A stretch of DNA of 24,371 bases from Gammaproteobacteria bacterium (lineage in GTDB: Bacteria > Pseudomonadota > Gammaproteobacteria > UBA9214). The stretch spans positions 1 to 24,371 of the forward strand of contig JAQBDO010000032.1 in assembly GCA_032124375.1 (NCBI GenBank), given 5' to 3'. The first letter of the stretch is position 1, and every line of letters starts with the position of its first letter. Made by a program: the position numbers and the translations under genes. This document shows, piece by piece, positions 6,343-15,607 of the stretch. The notes below the pieces were generated by a model. The model searched no databases. It was given only the letters and a program-made list of their open reading frames with translations, and had not been told where the DNA came from.

Positions 6343-8976
6343 CTAAATTGATTCCGGACAACTACCACCTCCAGCCTGTCCCTCTCTGCTGCTGTCCGTC
6401 CCGTCTGCGGCTTCGCGACTTGCCATGTTACCGCCCCCTTCCAGCAGGCGTCTTAGCCCGGCGATATCGAATTCGTCCGCGAGGGTGGCGACGTGCTGCG
6501 CCAGGACCGGGCAGCAACCATCCGCGACCAGCTCTTCCGCCATCACCTTGATGGCAGTAACGCTCCCGGCCCGTATCAACCCGGCCAGGCGTTCACGGCG
6601 TTCGTCTCCCATCACTTCCATCCCGGGCGGCGACACCTCCCGCACCTGTTCTTCACCCAGCCATTCGAGGGGCAGCAGTGACCCTACAACCTCGAGCAAC
6701 GCATCACGCAGCACTGGCTTGGCAAGATGGGCATTGCAGCCGGATGCAAGCGCCCTGTCGCGATCCTCGCTGTAGGCGGCGGCGGTGACTGCCACGACAG
6801 GGATCTCACGCAGTACAGGGTTCGCGCGCAGGGCGCGCGTTGCCTGCAAACCGTCCATGCCTGGCATGCGCAGATCCATGAGGATGAGATCCGGCAGCTC
6901 GGCAGCGGCTTTCGCAACGCAGGCCTTGCCATGTTCCGCTTCATTTACACGAAAGCCAAGCGGCTCCAGCAAGCCACGCAGTATCTGCCGGTTGTCATAT
7001 TCGTCATCCACGACGAGGATGTGCAGCGGCCCCTGCCCGGTGGTACGCCGGTACCCGACCGTACTGGCAGCAGGGGACGGAATTGCCATCGTCCTGGCGG
7101 GGCAGCCCACGGTCTCCACGGGGAGACTCACCCGAAAACAGCTGCCCTCGCCGGGCTTGCTCTCGACGGAGATTGTTCCGCCCATCGCCTGCACCAGCTG
7201 CCGGGTAATGGCCAGCCCGAGGCCGGTACCCTGGATTGCATGCACACTGTCACCGACCTGCCGGAAAGGTTCGAAAATCTGCTCCTGCTGCGCCGGCAGG
7301 ATGCCGATCCCCGTGTCGGTCACTGCCAGTTCCAGGTTTCCGTCGTTATAGTCCGCGCGCACGGTCACCGTGCCGGCCTCGGTGTACTTGATTGCATTGT
7401 CCACCAGGTTCGCAAGGACCTGGTGCAGACGCCTGGCGTCGCAGTAGAGCCGGCGCGGCAACCCTGACAACGGTTCGATACGCAACTCGATCCCCTTTTT
7501 CCGGGCGCGCCCGCCAAACATGCCTGCCAGCTCCTGCAGCAGCTCGACGCTGTCCCATTCCACGGGCAGCAATTCGAAGTTGCCTGCCTCGATCTTCGCC
7601 AGGTCAAGTACATCGTTGATCAGTTCCAGCAGGCGTTCCCCGCCCCTGCGTATCCCGCGCGCGTGCTGGCGCTGATCTGCAAGCAGCCGTTTGTCGCCCT
7701 CCAGCAACTGCGCGAAGCCGAGCACCGAGTTCAGCGGGGTGCGCAACTCGTGGCTCATGCTGGCCATGAAAACATCCTTGGCACGGTTGGCGGCATCCGC
7801 TTCCTCGTGTGCCTTGCGCAGCCGGTCTTCCAGCGCCTTGTCCCTGTCAATATTCTCCACGAGCCAGATGGAGCCCAGCGTCGTATCGTTCGGGTCGATG
7901 AACTGGCCGATCAGCCGACCCCAGAAGCGGCTGCCGTCCTTGCGCTGCAGCAACTGGTCAGCACGGTAGATACCACCATCCGCCATGCGCATATATCCCA
8001 GCCTGCCGAGCCTCTCGTATGCCTCCCGGCCGGGGTACAGGTGTTCGGTGCTCATGCCGAGCATCTCCTGCTCTTCCCAGCCAAACAACTCCACTGCGCG
8101 CGGGTTGACGCGCACGATCGACCGGTCGACCAGGTGAACGACGCCGAGCGGCAGGGCGTCCAGGATCAGGCGCTGCTCCCGCACGAGTGCATCCAGTGTG
8201 CGGGTGCGATCTTCCACGAGCTGCTCCAGATGCTCGCGGATATTGGTAAGATCCCGCTCGTGCCGCTGGACCTGCTCCAGCATGGTGTTGAAGCCGCGAT
8301 ACAATTCCGCTATCTCGTCGTTCGAATCCGGCACGGATACCCGCAGGGAATAGTCCGCCCGCGCCGAGATCTCCTGTGTCTTGGCCGCCAGCTGCAGGAT
8401 GGGGTCCGAAACCCGCCGTTGCAGACGCAGCGCCAGCAGCAGCGACACCACCAGGGTCAACAGCAGCAGAGCCGCCGAAATAGCGGCGTAGCGCCGCAGC
8501 TGGCTGGCCAGCTGCTCCATGCCGGCGTAAAGGTAAATCTGCCCGACACGTCGCCCCTCAAGCATCAGGACCCGCACGACCTCGACGGTACCGGCGCCAC
8601 CAAACAGGGTAAAATCCACGAGCACACCCTCACCTGCCACCCGTGGGTCTCGTGGTGCCTGTGTTTCATCCCGGCTGTAGCGGGCGAAGACTTGGCCCTC
8701 GGCGTCGTACAGGGCTGCGTAGCGGATCTGGTTTTCCCGGCGCAGACTGGCGAGGTTTTTCTCCGCCGTTTCGGGTGCGTCGAATACCAGGGCCGACAGG
8801 CTGTTCTCGCCAACCACGACCGACAACACCTCCAGGTCCCGCACCATCTGGCCCTGCAACATGTAGACATCGTTGACGATGAACAGCGTGCCTGCGACGC
8901 TCAGCGTGAGCATGCTGATGGCTGCGGAGATCCGCAGCAGGCGCTGCCGTATCGAGGTCGGCTGCAGCAGGCTCAT
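6343..8976 (-). CDS. Membrane-bound hybrid sensor kinase: TM-periplasmic sensor-TM-HAMP-PAS-HisKA-HATPase-REC
   Basis: Two TM segments, HAMP (PILQLAAKT...DEIAELYRGFNTML), PAS, H-box FMASMSHELRTPLNSV, N-box LANLVDNAIKYT, DTGIGI, GTGLGLAI, REC (ILVVDDE, DLILMDLRMPGMDG, KP); ATGA overlap with the upstream gene. Confidence 0.95.
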   Translation of the reverse strand: MSLLQPTSIRQRLLRISAAISMLTLSVAGTLFIVNDVYMLQGQMVRDLEVLSVVVGENSLSALVFDAPETAEKNLASLRRENQIRYAALYDAEGQVFARYSRDETQAPRDPRVAGEGVLVDFTLFGGAGTVEVVRVLMLEGRRVGQIYLYAGMEQLASQLRRYAAISAALLLLTLVVSLLLALRLQRRVSDPILQLAAKTQEISARADYSLRVSVPDSNDEIAELYRGFNTMLEQVQRHERDLTNIREHLEQLVEDRTRTLDALVREQRLILDALPLGVVHLVDRSIVRVNPRAVELFGWEEQEMLGMSTEHLYPGREAYERLGRLGYMRMADGGIYRADQLLQRKDGSRFWGRLIGQFIDPNDTTLGSIWLVENIDRDKALEDRLRKAHEEADAANRAKDVFMASMSHELRTPLNSVLGFAQLLEGDKRLLADQRQHARGIRRGGERLLELINDVLDLAKIEAGNFELLPVEWDSVELLQELAGMFGGRARKKGIELRIEPLSGLPRRLYCDARRLHQVLANLVDNAIKYTEAGTVTVRADYNDGNLELAVTDTGIGILPAQQEQIFEPFRQVGDSVHAIQGTGLGLAITRQLVQAMGGTISVESKPGEGSCFRVSLPVETVGCPARTMAIPSPAASTVGYRRTTGQGPLHILVVDDEYDNRQILRGLLEPLGFRVNEAEHGKACVAKAAAELPDLILMDLRMPGMDGLQATRALRANPVLREIPVVAVTAAAYSEDRDRALASGCNAHLAKPVLRDALLEVVGSLLPLEWLGEEQVREVSPPGMEVMGDERRERLAGLIRAGSVTAIKVMAEELVADGCCPVLAQHVATLADEFDIAGLRRLLEGGGNMASREAADGTDSSREGQAGGGSCPESI

Positions 8977-9524
8977 TGCATCACCTCTGCCACATCGTAG
9001 AGCTGGGCCGATATCACCAGGCCCCGCTCCCTGAGCGCCGCCGGGTCGATGCGCAGGCGCAGGCGCTCTGTCTTGCGGAAGACGTCCGGCTTGCGAAACA
9101 GCTCGATGGCGACACCGCGACCGGCGTATCCCGGGGTATCACCGACCAGCAGTACGGGCTGACCGGCGGTGCGCCGGACGATGGCCTCGAGTTCCGCATC
9201 GGCGGCGCCGCCCACGAACAGGATCTCGCAGCAATCAGGTGCGCCGGGATATGCGTAGGCGTGAATTGCAATCGGCCTGCCGTTGACCTGCCTGGATTCC
9301 TGCTCCAGGACGCGCAGGCGGTTTTCCATGACCGGATCGCCGACGACGCCGATGACGAAGGGCTGATCCGCCGGGGCCTCGGGCCACTGGATGAAGCGGG
9401 TGAAGTTGTAGATGAATGCGACCTTCAGGTCAGCGAGCAAGCTGTCGCCCTCTGCGCTGCCCGCCAACGGCGACTGCACACAACACAGTACGAACGCGAG
9501 CAGCAGCACAGCGCAGCGCGGCAT
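8973..9524 (-). CDS. YfiR/DUF4154-family periplasmic protein
   Basis: Signal peptide, then LKVAFIYNFTRFIQWP, CEILFVG, VLLVGD..GYA..GVAIEL, LRLRID..ALRERGLVISAQL, typical of YfiR-like proteins; ATG 9524 preferred over 9557. Confidence 0.85.
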   Translation of the reverse strand: MPRCAVLLLAFVLCCVQSPLAGSAEGDSLLADLKVAFIYNFTRFIQWPEAPADQPFVIGVVGDPVMENRLRVLEQESRQVNGRPIAIHAYAYPGAPDCCEILFVGGAADAELEAIVRRTAGQPVLLVGDTPGYAGRGVAIELFRKPDVFRKTERLRLRIDPAALRERGLVISAQLYDVAEVMQ

Positions 9525-9544
9525 GACCAGTAGACCTGACTTGC

Positions 9545-11653
9545 TCAAAATTCCCAACCGACTGTCGCGGTGAACACCCTCCCCGGCCCGATCAGGCCCT
9601 GATCGAAGTCGGTCAGTTCATTGGCAGGGTAGCGGATCTCGGTGTCAAGCAGGTTCGAGACATTCAGGTCCGCGTAGAATCCGTTGGCAGGGTGCCTGTA
9701 GCGCAGGTTTGCGCCCAGGTTCCAGTACGCGTCGACTTCCTTGCCGATGCGCTCGGTGATGCCCTGTGTCGTGCCTTCCACGAAATTCCAGTCCGCTTCC
9801 ATCTCGTCAACGTAGTTGGCATAAGCCGCGTAGGTGAAAGGCCCGCGTGTATAGTCCGCCTTGAGCTTTAACAGCAGTTGCGGCGAGTATCCGGGATCAT
9901 TATTCGATTTGCGGTCCTCGGTATGCTGCCAGGTGGCGCTTGCTGCGAGATTCAGGCCGTCCAGCAGACGCAGCTCCCCGATCAGCTCCAGGCCGTTGGT
10001 CTTCCATTCGCCCGAGTTGTCATCGACGGGCTGGTACAACCCGGCATCGTCCAGCTGCTGAATTGTGCGGACAATATTGGAGATACGGTTCTGGAACAGG
10101 CTTGCGCCAATGCTCCAGTCAGAGCGAGTCTGCACGTAGTTGATCTCGGCGGTCTTGATGCGTTCGGGATCGGTAAGCTGGATCTGGTCATTGTCCTGCG
10201 CCGCAGTGCCGTAGATCAGTTTCAACACCTGGTGCGCATCGAGGCTGTAAAGGGCAGCGATCCGCCCGGTGACGATGTTCCGGTCGTCGACGGTGACATC
10301 CTCTTCCAGCCGGGTGTTATTCAGGTAATCCCGGCTGGTGTAGTCATACGAGTCCGGCAGCCGTGACACGCGCAAACCGCCGACGAACCGGAGTCGCGTG
10401 GTAGGACTCCAGCCCAGTTCCGCGAACAAATCGTGAACCGTAAAGGCATCGACGGTGTTTTCCTGATTGCCAAAAATGTCAATGTCGGCTTCGTTCCTGA
10501 TGTCGTCCATGCGCTGAAAGCGATAACCCGCCAGCAGGTTGAGATTCGCCCGCGGATCCCACAGGAGATTGAATTCCAGCTCATAGCGTCTTGATTGTTG
10601 CCGTTGATCGCCATCGAATGCGGGTGAAATAAGATCGAGATCCGGGATCTCGACACGTTCATCACTGACGATCGCATCGGCGCTCAGCCCCAGGTTTTCG
10701 GTAATACCATGTTTCCAGCCAAGCGCGGCATGCCACGTGGTCAGGCGCGACTGGTTGCCGTCGTCGAAGCTCGGTGTCAACCCGTATATGCCGTATTTCT
10801 TCTCGCTGTAGCGCAGGTCCGCCGACCAGTCCTGCCAGCCAGCAGACACATCCAGGCTGACATCTCTCTGATCCACATCTCCGTCGAGGCTGGTATGCAT
10901 GCCCGGCACCAGCGCCGCGAGCTGATCAGGTCCCATCATGTCAGCATAGTCTGCCTCGAGACCGTCGGTGCGGTAACCGCCGGCATTCAGCACGATGAAC
11001 CCGTCTGCGGACGCCGTCCCGGCGCGCGCGAACAGGCGGCCGCTGTCACGGCTACCGGCACTCGCGGATACCCGGGGACCGTTCAGGCCGATCTCGTTGG
11101 TCACCACGTTGATCACACCGAGGAAGGCGTTGTTACCGTAGATGACAGACATGGGCCCGCGAATCACCTCGATGCGATCGATGGACTCCACGGGGATGTT
11201 CAGGCGTGCGATCTCGGGAACCGTCAACGACTTTTGCCGTGACGGGTGCTGCGGAACCCCGTTGACGAGGAACTGGACTCCACCACCCGTGGTACCGCGA
11301 TTGCCGATGAAGCGGTCCTCGATGTTGTCCAGCACAAAAAATCCCGGCACGTTGCGCAGCAGTTCCTCGAAGGTAACCCAGCCGTAACGGGCAATCTCCT
11401 CGCGGCTGAGGATGGTCACGCTGGCCGGAATATCGCGGATCTGCTCGTCACGCTTGCCGGCTGAGCGAATCTCTACATCGAGCAGGTCTTCGAAGGGCAG
11501 ATCGAGCAGGCCGGCCTGCGGGCCCGGCAACGCTACCGGCGATGCGATGCTGAGGCCCAGTGCGAGTGCCCCGGCAATGCAAAATGCATGGATCCGTATC
11601 CCGGTGATTCGGCTGCAACCACCCGCGAGTCCGGTTCGCACACCCTGCTGCAT
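9545..11653 (-). CDS. TonB-dependent outer-membrane receptor (plug + beta-barrel)
   Basis: Plug motifs LLDLPFEDLLDVEIRSAGKRDEQIRDIPASVTILSREEI and IDRIEVIRGPMSVIYGNNAFLGVINVVT; C-terminal NLLD...GRVFTATVGWEF ending in Phe. Start is uncertain (ATG 11653 chosen; ORF open to 11899). Confidence 0.92.
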   Translation of the reverse strand: MQQGVRTGLAGGCSRITGIRIHAFCIAGALALGLSIASPVALPGPQAGLLDLPFEDLLDVEIRSAGKRDEQIRDIPASVTILSREEIARYGWVTFEELLRNVPGFFVLDNIEDRFIGNRGTTGGGVQFLVNGVPQHPSRQKSLTVPEIARLNIPVESIDRIEVIRGPMSVIYGNNAFLGVINVVTNEIGLNGPRVSASAGSRDSGRLFARAGTASADGFIVLNAGGYRTDGLEADYADMMGPDQLAALVPGMHTSLDGDVDQRDVSLDVSAGWQDWSADLRYSEKKYGIYGLTPSFDDGNQSRLTTWHAALGWKHGITENLGLSADAIVSDERVEIPDLDLISPAFDGDQRQQSRRYELEFNLLWDPRANLNLLAGYRFQRMDDIRNEADIDIFGNQENTVDAFTVHDLFAELGWSPTTRLRFVGGLRVSRLPDSYDYTSRDYLNNTRLEEDVTVDDRNIVTGRIAALYSLDAHQVLKLIYGTAAQDNDQIQLTDPERIKTAEINYVQTRSDWSIGASLFQNRISNIVRTIQQLDDAGLYQPVDDNSGEWKTNGLELIGELRLLDGLNLAASATWQHTEDRKSNNDPGYSPQLLLKLKADYTRGPFTYAAYANYVDEMEADWNFVEGTTQGITERIGKEVDAYWNLGANLRYRHPANGFYADLNVSNLLDTEIRYPANELTDFDQGLIGPGRVFTATVGWEF

Positions 11654-11911
11654 GGCAAAGACGCACCTGAGATGTTCCGCAAGCCGGGATGCTGCGTGAT
11701 ACGGAGAACTGCGAGAATTCAACACACTTGAAAGCCTTTTCCGGTGATCCTGGAATCCTGACGTGCTTTTATACCACATCACCAAAGTGCTACGGTAAGG
11801 CGAGGACCCGGACGGCAGGACGTGCCGAATCCCGCGTCGGCAACGCAACAGGGTTAATGTGCAATCCGAATCACCACGGCTTAACGGGAGAAACATCACA
11901 CCAGGCGCCGC

Positions 11912-11974
11912 CTGTCCGGTATTTTACTGACGCAAAATACCGGATATCGGTACAGGTGACGGGATGATATCGTG
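11912..11974 (+). promoter_or_regulatory. Conserved 63-bp promoter module, copy B (divergent region between TBDR operon and DUF4349 gene)
   Basis: CTGTCCG-GTATTTTA-CTGACG-N7-CCGGATATCG-N14-ATGATATCGTG; TATCGG (11945-11950), 17 bp, TG-n-TATCGT (11968-11973). Confidence 0.7.
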
Positions 11975-12112
11975 AGTTTGCAAGTGGCATTTTTCATGTA
12001 TTGCCTCCAGGAAACAAGCCGTTGTCATCACGTTTCCACGTCGATCTGACTGGTTTGATCGTTATCGCTCGACACAGGAAAGCGGCCTGACAGATCCCCC
12101 CCCTCCTCACAC

Positions 12113-12138
12113 GGCGGCCCCAGGGTCGCCTTTTTTTT
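12113..12138 (+). terminator. Intrinsic terminator in the leader upstream of the DUF4349 gene
   Basis: GGCGGCC-CCAG-GGTCGCC stem (one G-U pair) followed by T8 (12131-12138). Confidence 0.7.
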
Positions 12139-12204
12139 GAGGGTGCCGGGCGCTGCTATTGCCGCTCTCCTTGCCACGATGCGGACGCTCGAACGCTGAA
12201 CGAA

Positions 12205-13173
12205 ATGAGGTTTCCGATGCACAGCTTATGTCTTCCCATGATCGCGGTTGCGCTGGTGCTTGCAGGGTGCGAACAACAGGGCACGCAGAATCAGCGCGGG
12301 GATAGCACAGCGACAGCTGACTACACCGCGATGCCGCCTGCGGCACCGCCTCCCCCCGTTGCATTCGACGTCGGTGATAGCGAGTCACGCAGCGACACCG
12401 CGGCCGTCGCTATTGACGCCGATGCCGCAGACGACAGCAGCACCGGCCCTTCCGGCAGCACCGGGATGCTGCTCGCCTATCGCTATTCTGTCAGCCTGCA
12501 GTTACCTGCCCGTAACGTCCACCCTGCGATCGAGGCGCACCGGGCACAATGCAGTGCCGCAGGCCCGAACGTGTGCCAGGTACTGAGTTCCTCGATCACC
12601 GCGTACGGCGACGACGACATCAGCGCCAGTCTCTTCATCCGTGCCGTGCCGGACTGGCTGGCGACATTTCGCGGCAGGCTGGAGGCCGATGCGCAAACGG
12701 CGCATGGCAGGGTCGTTTCATCGAATGTGCAATCGGAGGACCTGACAAGGGTCTTTGTCGACACCGAGGCGCAACTGCGCGCAAAGCGCACACTCCGCGA
12801 ACGACTGGAGACCCTCCTTGCCAACCAGAGCGGCGACATTGGCGATCTGCTGGCGGTCGAGCGCGAGCTGGCAAGGGTGCAATCTGAACTCGACGCTGCA
12901 CAGGCGAACCTCGAAATCGTGCGCAAGCGCATTGACATGTCGACACTGGACCTGAGTTACCAGTCCGCGCCGGCGGCGCTCAGCCAGAGTGCCTTCGCAC
13001 CGATCGGTAGTGCGTTCAACAACTTCATGGAGATCTTTTCCCGGGCAGTAGCGCTGATCATCAAGCTCATTGCGGGTTTGACGCCTTTCGTCCTGCTCGG
13101 CGTGCCGCTTGGATGGCTGCTGCGGCACTGGTGGCGCCGGCGCCAGACTGGCAAGGCCGCAAATGGGGATTGA
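12205..13173 (+). CDS. DUF4349-domain lipoprotein / membrane protein
   Basis: Lipobox VLAG-C, low-complexity linker, LLAYRYSVSLQ, SEDLTRVFVDTEAQLRAK...DLLAVERELARVQSELD, C-terminal TM helix; start could be ATG 12217. Confidence 0.85.
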   Translation: MRFPMHSLCLPMIAVALVLAGCEQQGTQNQRGDSTATADYTAMPPAAPPPPVAFDVGDSESRSDTAAVAIDADAADDSSTGPSGSTGMLLAYRYSVSLQLPARNVHPAIEAHRAQCSAAGPNVCQVLSSSITAYGDDDISASLFIRAVPDWLATFRGRLEADAQTAHGRVVSSNVQSEDLTRVFVDTEAQLRAKRTLRERLETLLANQSGDIGDLLAVERELARVQSELDAAQANLEIVRKRIDMSTLDLSYQSAPAALSQSAFAPIGSAFNNFMEIFSRAVALIIKLIAGLTPFVLLGVPLGWLLRHWWRRRQTGKAANGD

Positions 13174-13258
13174 GGTGGTAGCAGCAACGCCTGCCATAGA
13201 ATAGCGGCATGAGCCGGCACGCCGCGGCGCGGCTCGGAATTCGCCAGACAACTCCTGG

Positions 13259-13321
13259 CTGTCCGTGTTTTTACTGACGTAGATAACCGGATATCGATGC
13301 TCGTGACAGGGTGATAGTTTG
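13259..13321 (+). promoter_or_regulatory. Conserved 63-bp promoter module, copy C (upstream of the BON gene)
   Basis: CTGTCCG-TGTTTTTA-CTGACG-N7-CCGGATATCG-N14-GTGATAGTTTG; TATCGA (13292-13297), 17 bp, TG-n-TAGTTT (13315-13320). Confidence 0.7.
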
Positions 13322-13477
13322 CCGCTCAGGCACTCGGTCTATTATACCCGCGAGTCCCTGGCAGCATTCATCGACCATCGAGAGCGACCATTTTGACTGC
13401 TACCACATGCGTTAATGTCAGGCTGCACAGGCAGCCATAGCGCAGGCTTCATTCATCATCAAACTGGAGAATTACTC

Positions 13478-14023
13478 ATGACAAGAACCATCAGAAACAA
13501 GTCGTTACTGGCTGCTATCGTATCAGTAATACTGGCATCCCCCGCGAGCTTCGCGGAGACCGCAGGCGAATACATCGACGACACGACTGTCGGCACCATG
13601 ACCAAGGCCGCGCTCGTGGATAACGAGACGGTTTCCGCACTGGACATCAATGTGGAGGTTTACAAGGGCAATGTACAGCTGTCCGGATTCGTCGAGTCCG
13701 AGGCACAGAAGGACGCCGCACTGGCGACTGCCGGTAAAGTCGACGGCGCAAAAAAGGTGCTTGATGCCATCGTTGTCCTGCCCGGTTCACGCAGCATGGG
13801 TGAGGCCGTGGACGACACCACCATCCAGGCAAAACTGAAAGCCGGCCTGGCCAATGTCCAGGGAATGGGTGACGCCGTGGCCATCAATACGTGGGTCAAG
13901 CACGGCCACGTCCTGCTTGCGGGTTTCGTTGACAGCGACAGTGTGAAAGCCGCAGCAGGAAAAGTCGCCAGCGGCATCGAGGGCGTCAAGAAAGTCCACA
14001 ACCACATCGCCATCAAGCATTAA
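13478..14023 (+). CDS. Periplasmic double-BON-domain protein (OsmY-like)
   Basis: GGAG RBS at 13466-13469; signal peptide ending SFA-ET; two BON repeats (IDDTTVGTMTKAALV...INVEVYKGNVQLSGFV; VDDTTIQAKLKA...GHVLLAGFV). Confidence 0.92.
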   Translation: MTRTIRNKSLLAAIVSVILASPASFAETAGEYIDDTTVGTMTKAALVDNETVSALDINVEVYKGNVQLSGFVESEAQKDAALATAGKVDGAKKVLDAIVVLPGSRSMGEAVDDTTIQAKLKAGLANVQGMGDAVAINTWVKHGHVLLAGFVDSDSVKAAAGKVASGIEGVKKVHNHIAIKH

Positions 14024-14229
14024 GGCAAGGACCCCTGCTGGACAAGTGCCCTGACCCGCCGGACTGCAGCGGGTCTGGGCCCTGACTGGCCGGAGCGAGT
14101 GGCACAGGGACAGTGAGGTAGCACCCTGTTTGGTAACACAGCAGGCCGGGTGGCAGGCAGTCTCCGACTGCCTTCACCACCTGTTTGCTGCAGAGCATAA
14201 CCCGGTACTCAGGAACGAGGCAAAGAAGC

Positions 14230-15021
14230 ATGCACATCACTCTCTGCACAAGATTTGTAACCGCACCACTTCTGCTGACTGTCTTCGCGCTGCTGGCAGC
14301 GCAGCCTGCAATTGCCGGCAGGGATATCCACACCGAGCGGGTACACTTCAGGCACGGCGCGAACAATGCTGTAATCGAGGCTTCGATCACCGGTTATGAA
14401 GTCGTCGATTATGTCCTGCGCGCCAGCAAGGGACAGCACATGAACGCCAGCATGGCCACCGACAACGGCGCCAACTACTTCAACATCCTCGCGCCGGGTG
14501 AGGACGAGGTCGCGATGTTCAACGGATCCATCAGCGAGAACCAGTATGAGGGTAGCTTGCCCGAGACTGGCGATTACAAAATCCGTGTCTACATGATGCG
14601 CAGCGCTGCGCGCCGTAATGAAATTGCGAACTACCGCCTCGAGGTGATCATAACCGGCGAGACAGCCCCGCCGGCTGATGCACAGCAGGATACCGCTGCT
14701 TCCGAGGTCACAACCCGTGCTGGAGAGGGCAATTTCGACGCAACCGGGAAAATCCCCTGCGCACAACACGCAGGCCAACCTGTGGGACAGTGCGATTTTG
14801 GTGTCGCGCGCGCCGGCGGCGGCACAGCCACGGTAGTCATTACCAGGCCGGATGGCAGCACACGTGCGCTGTTCTTTGTCGAGGGTAAATTCACCAGCGC
14901 CGACACGTCAGAGGCGGATGGCCATCCTGAATACAACGCAGAGCGCGAGAGCGATCTCAACCTGATTCGCGTCGGCAAGGAACGCTACGAGATACCCGAT
15001 GCAGTCATCTGGGGCGGGTAG
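14230..15021 (+). CDS. Secreted two-domain protein: PliG-like (g-type lysozyme inhibitor fold) N-domain plus Cys-containing C-domain
   Basis: Signal peptide ending AIA-GR. VHFRHG...ITGYEVVDYVLRASKGQ...SLPETGDYKIRVY..RSAARRN...Y resembles E. coli PliG as recalled. C-domain FDATGKIPC...QCDFGVARAGGG. Confidence 0.75.
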   Translation: MHITLCTRFVTAPLLLTVFALLAAQPAIAGRDIHTERVHFRHGANNAVIEASITGYEVVDYVLRASKGQHMNASMATDNGANYFNILAPGEDEVAMFNGSISENQYEGSLPETGDYKIRVYMMRSAARRNEIANYRLEVIITGETAPPADAQQDTAASEVTTRAGEGNFDATGKIPCAQHAGQPVGQCDFGVARAGGGTATVVITRPDGSTRALFFVEGKFTSADTSEADGHPEYNAERESDLNLIRVGKERYEIPDAVIWGG

Positions 15022-15109
15022 CCAATCATTGGAGCCCTGTGATGAGCGACCCTAGGTTCGGCATTTCAGGCAGAACCTGTCCATCAAAGGGACAAAAGAA
15101 GAAGAGAAA

Positions 15110-15427
15110 ATGAAAACCTTACTGGTCTTCATTCTGGGCGCAATCGTCGGCGGTATTGCGTGCATCGTACTTGCCTCGGGCCTGTTCACCGGCATCGGGG
15201 CCGGCGTCGGTATTGCCACCGGCCTGCAAGCCGGCGCCTGCCTCACGGTGGAAGCGGCCAGGGAGCAGGGACTGATCACGGCCGAACAGGTCGATGAGGT
15301 ACTCGTTGCGGCAGGCAAACTGATCACCTCGGAAGAATATGCCGGCACAGCGACAGCTTCGGGCAGTGATCTGGACTGTGAGAAGATTATTGCCCAATTA
15401 AAGGAAGCCACAAAGAAGGCAGAATAA
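15110..15427 (+). CDS. Small Gly-rich membrane-anchored hypothetical protein
   Basis: ATG 15110 after a purine-rich RBS-like stretch; hydrophobic Gly-rich N-terminal half, acidic C-terminal half with two Cys. Confidence 0.75.
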   Translation: MKTLLVFILGAIVGGIACIVLASGLFTGIGAGVGIATGLQAGACLTVEAAREQGLITAEQVDEVLVAAGKLITSEEYAGTATASGSDLDCEKIIAQLKEATKKAE

Positions 15428-15607
15428 GCCATTCTGCTGATCACCCCCCAAGCCTTGGGCAGGCTGTTTGCGGGACGATGTAGCGTCGCATGCAGGAAGC
15501 CTGCATACACTATCCCGGTCGCGAACGGCACTGTGCTACTGCAGGTCGAGGGTGTAAAAACGATCCGGGAACGCGACGGCCTGTGAATGTTCCCTGGCAA
15601 ACTTATG

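Noticed and set aside
7663-9000. 445-aa plus-strand ORF
   Set aside because: Antisense shadow of the hybrid kinase; no recognisable motifs; expected in GC-rich coding DNA.
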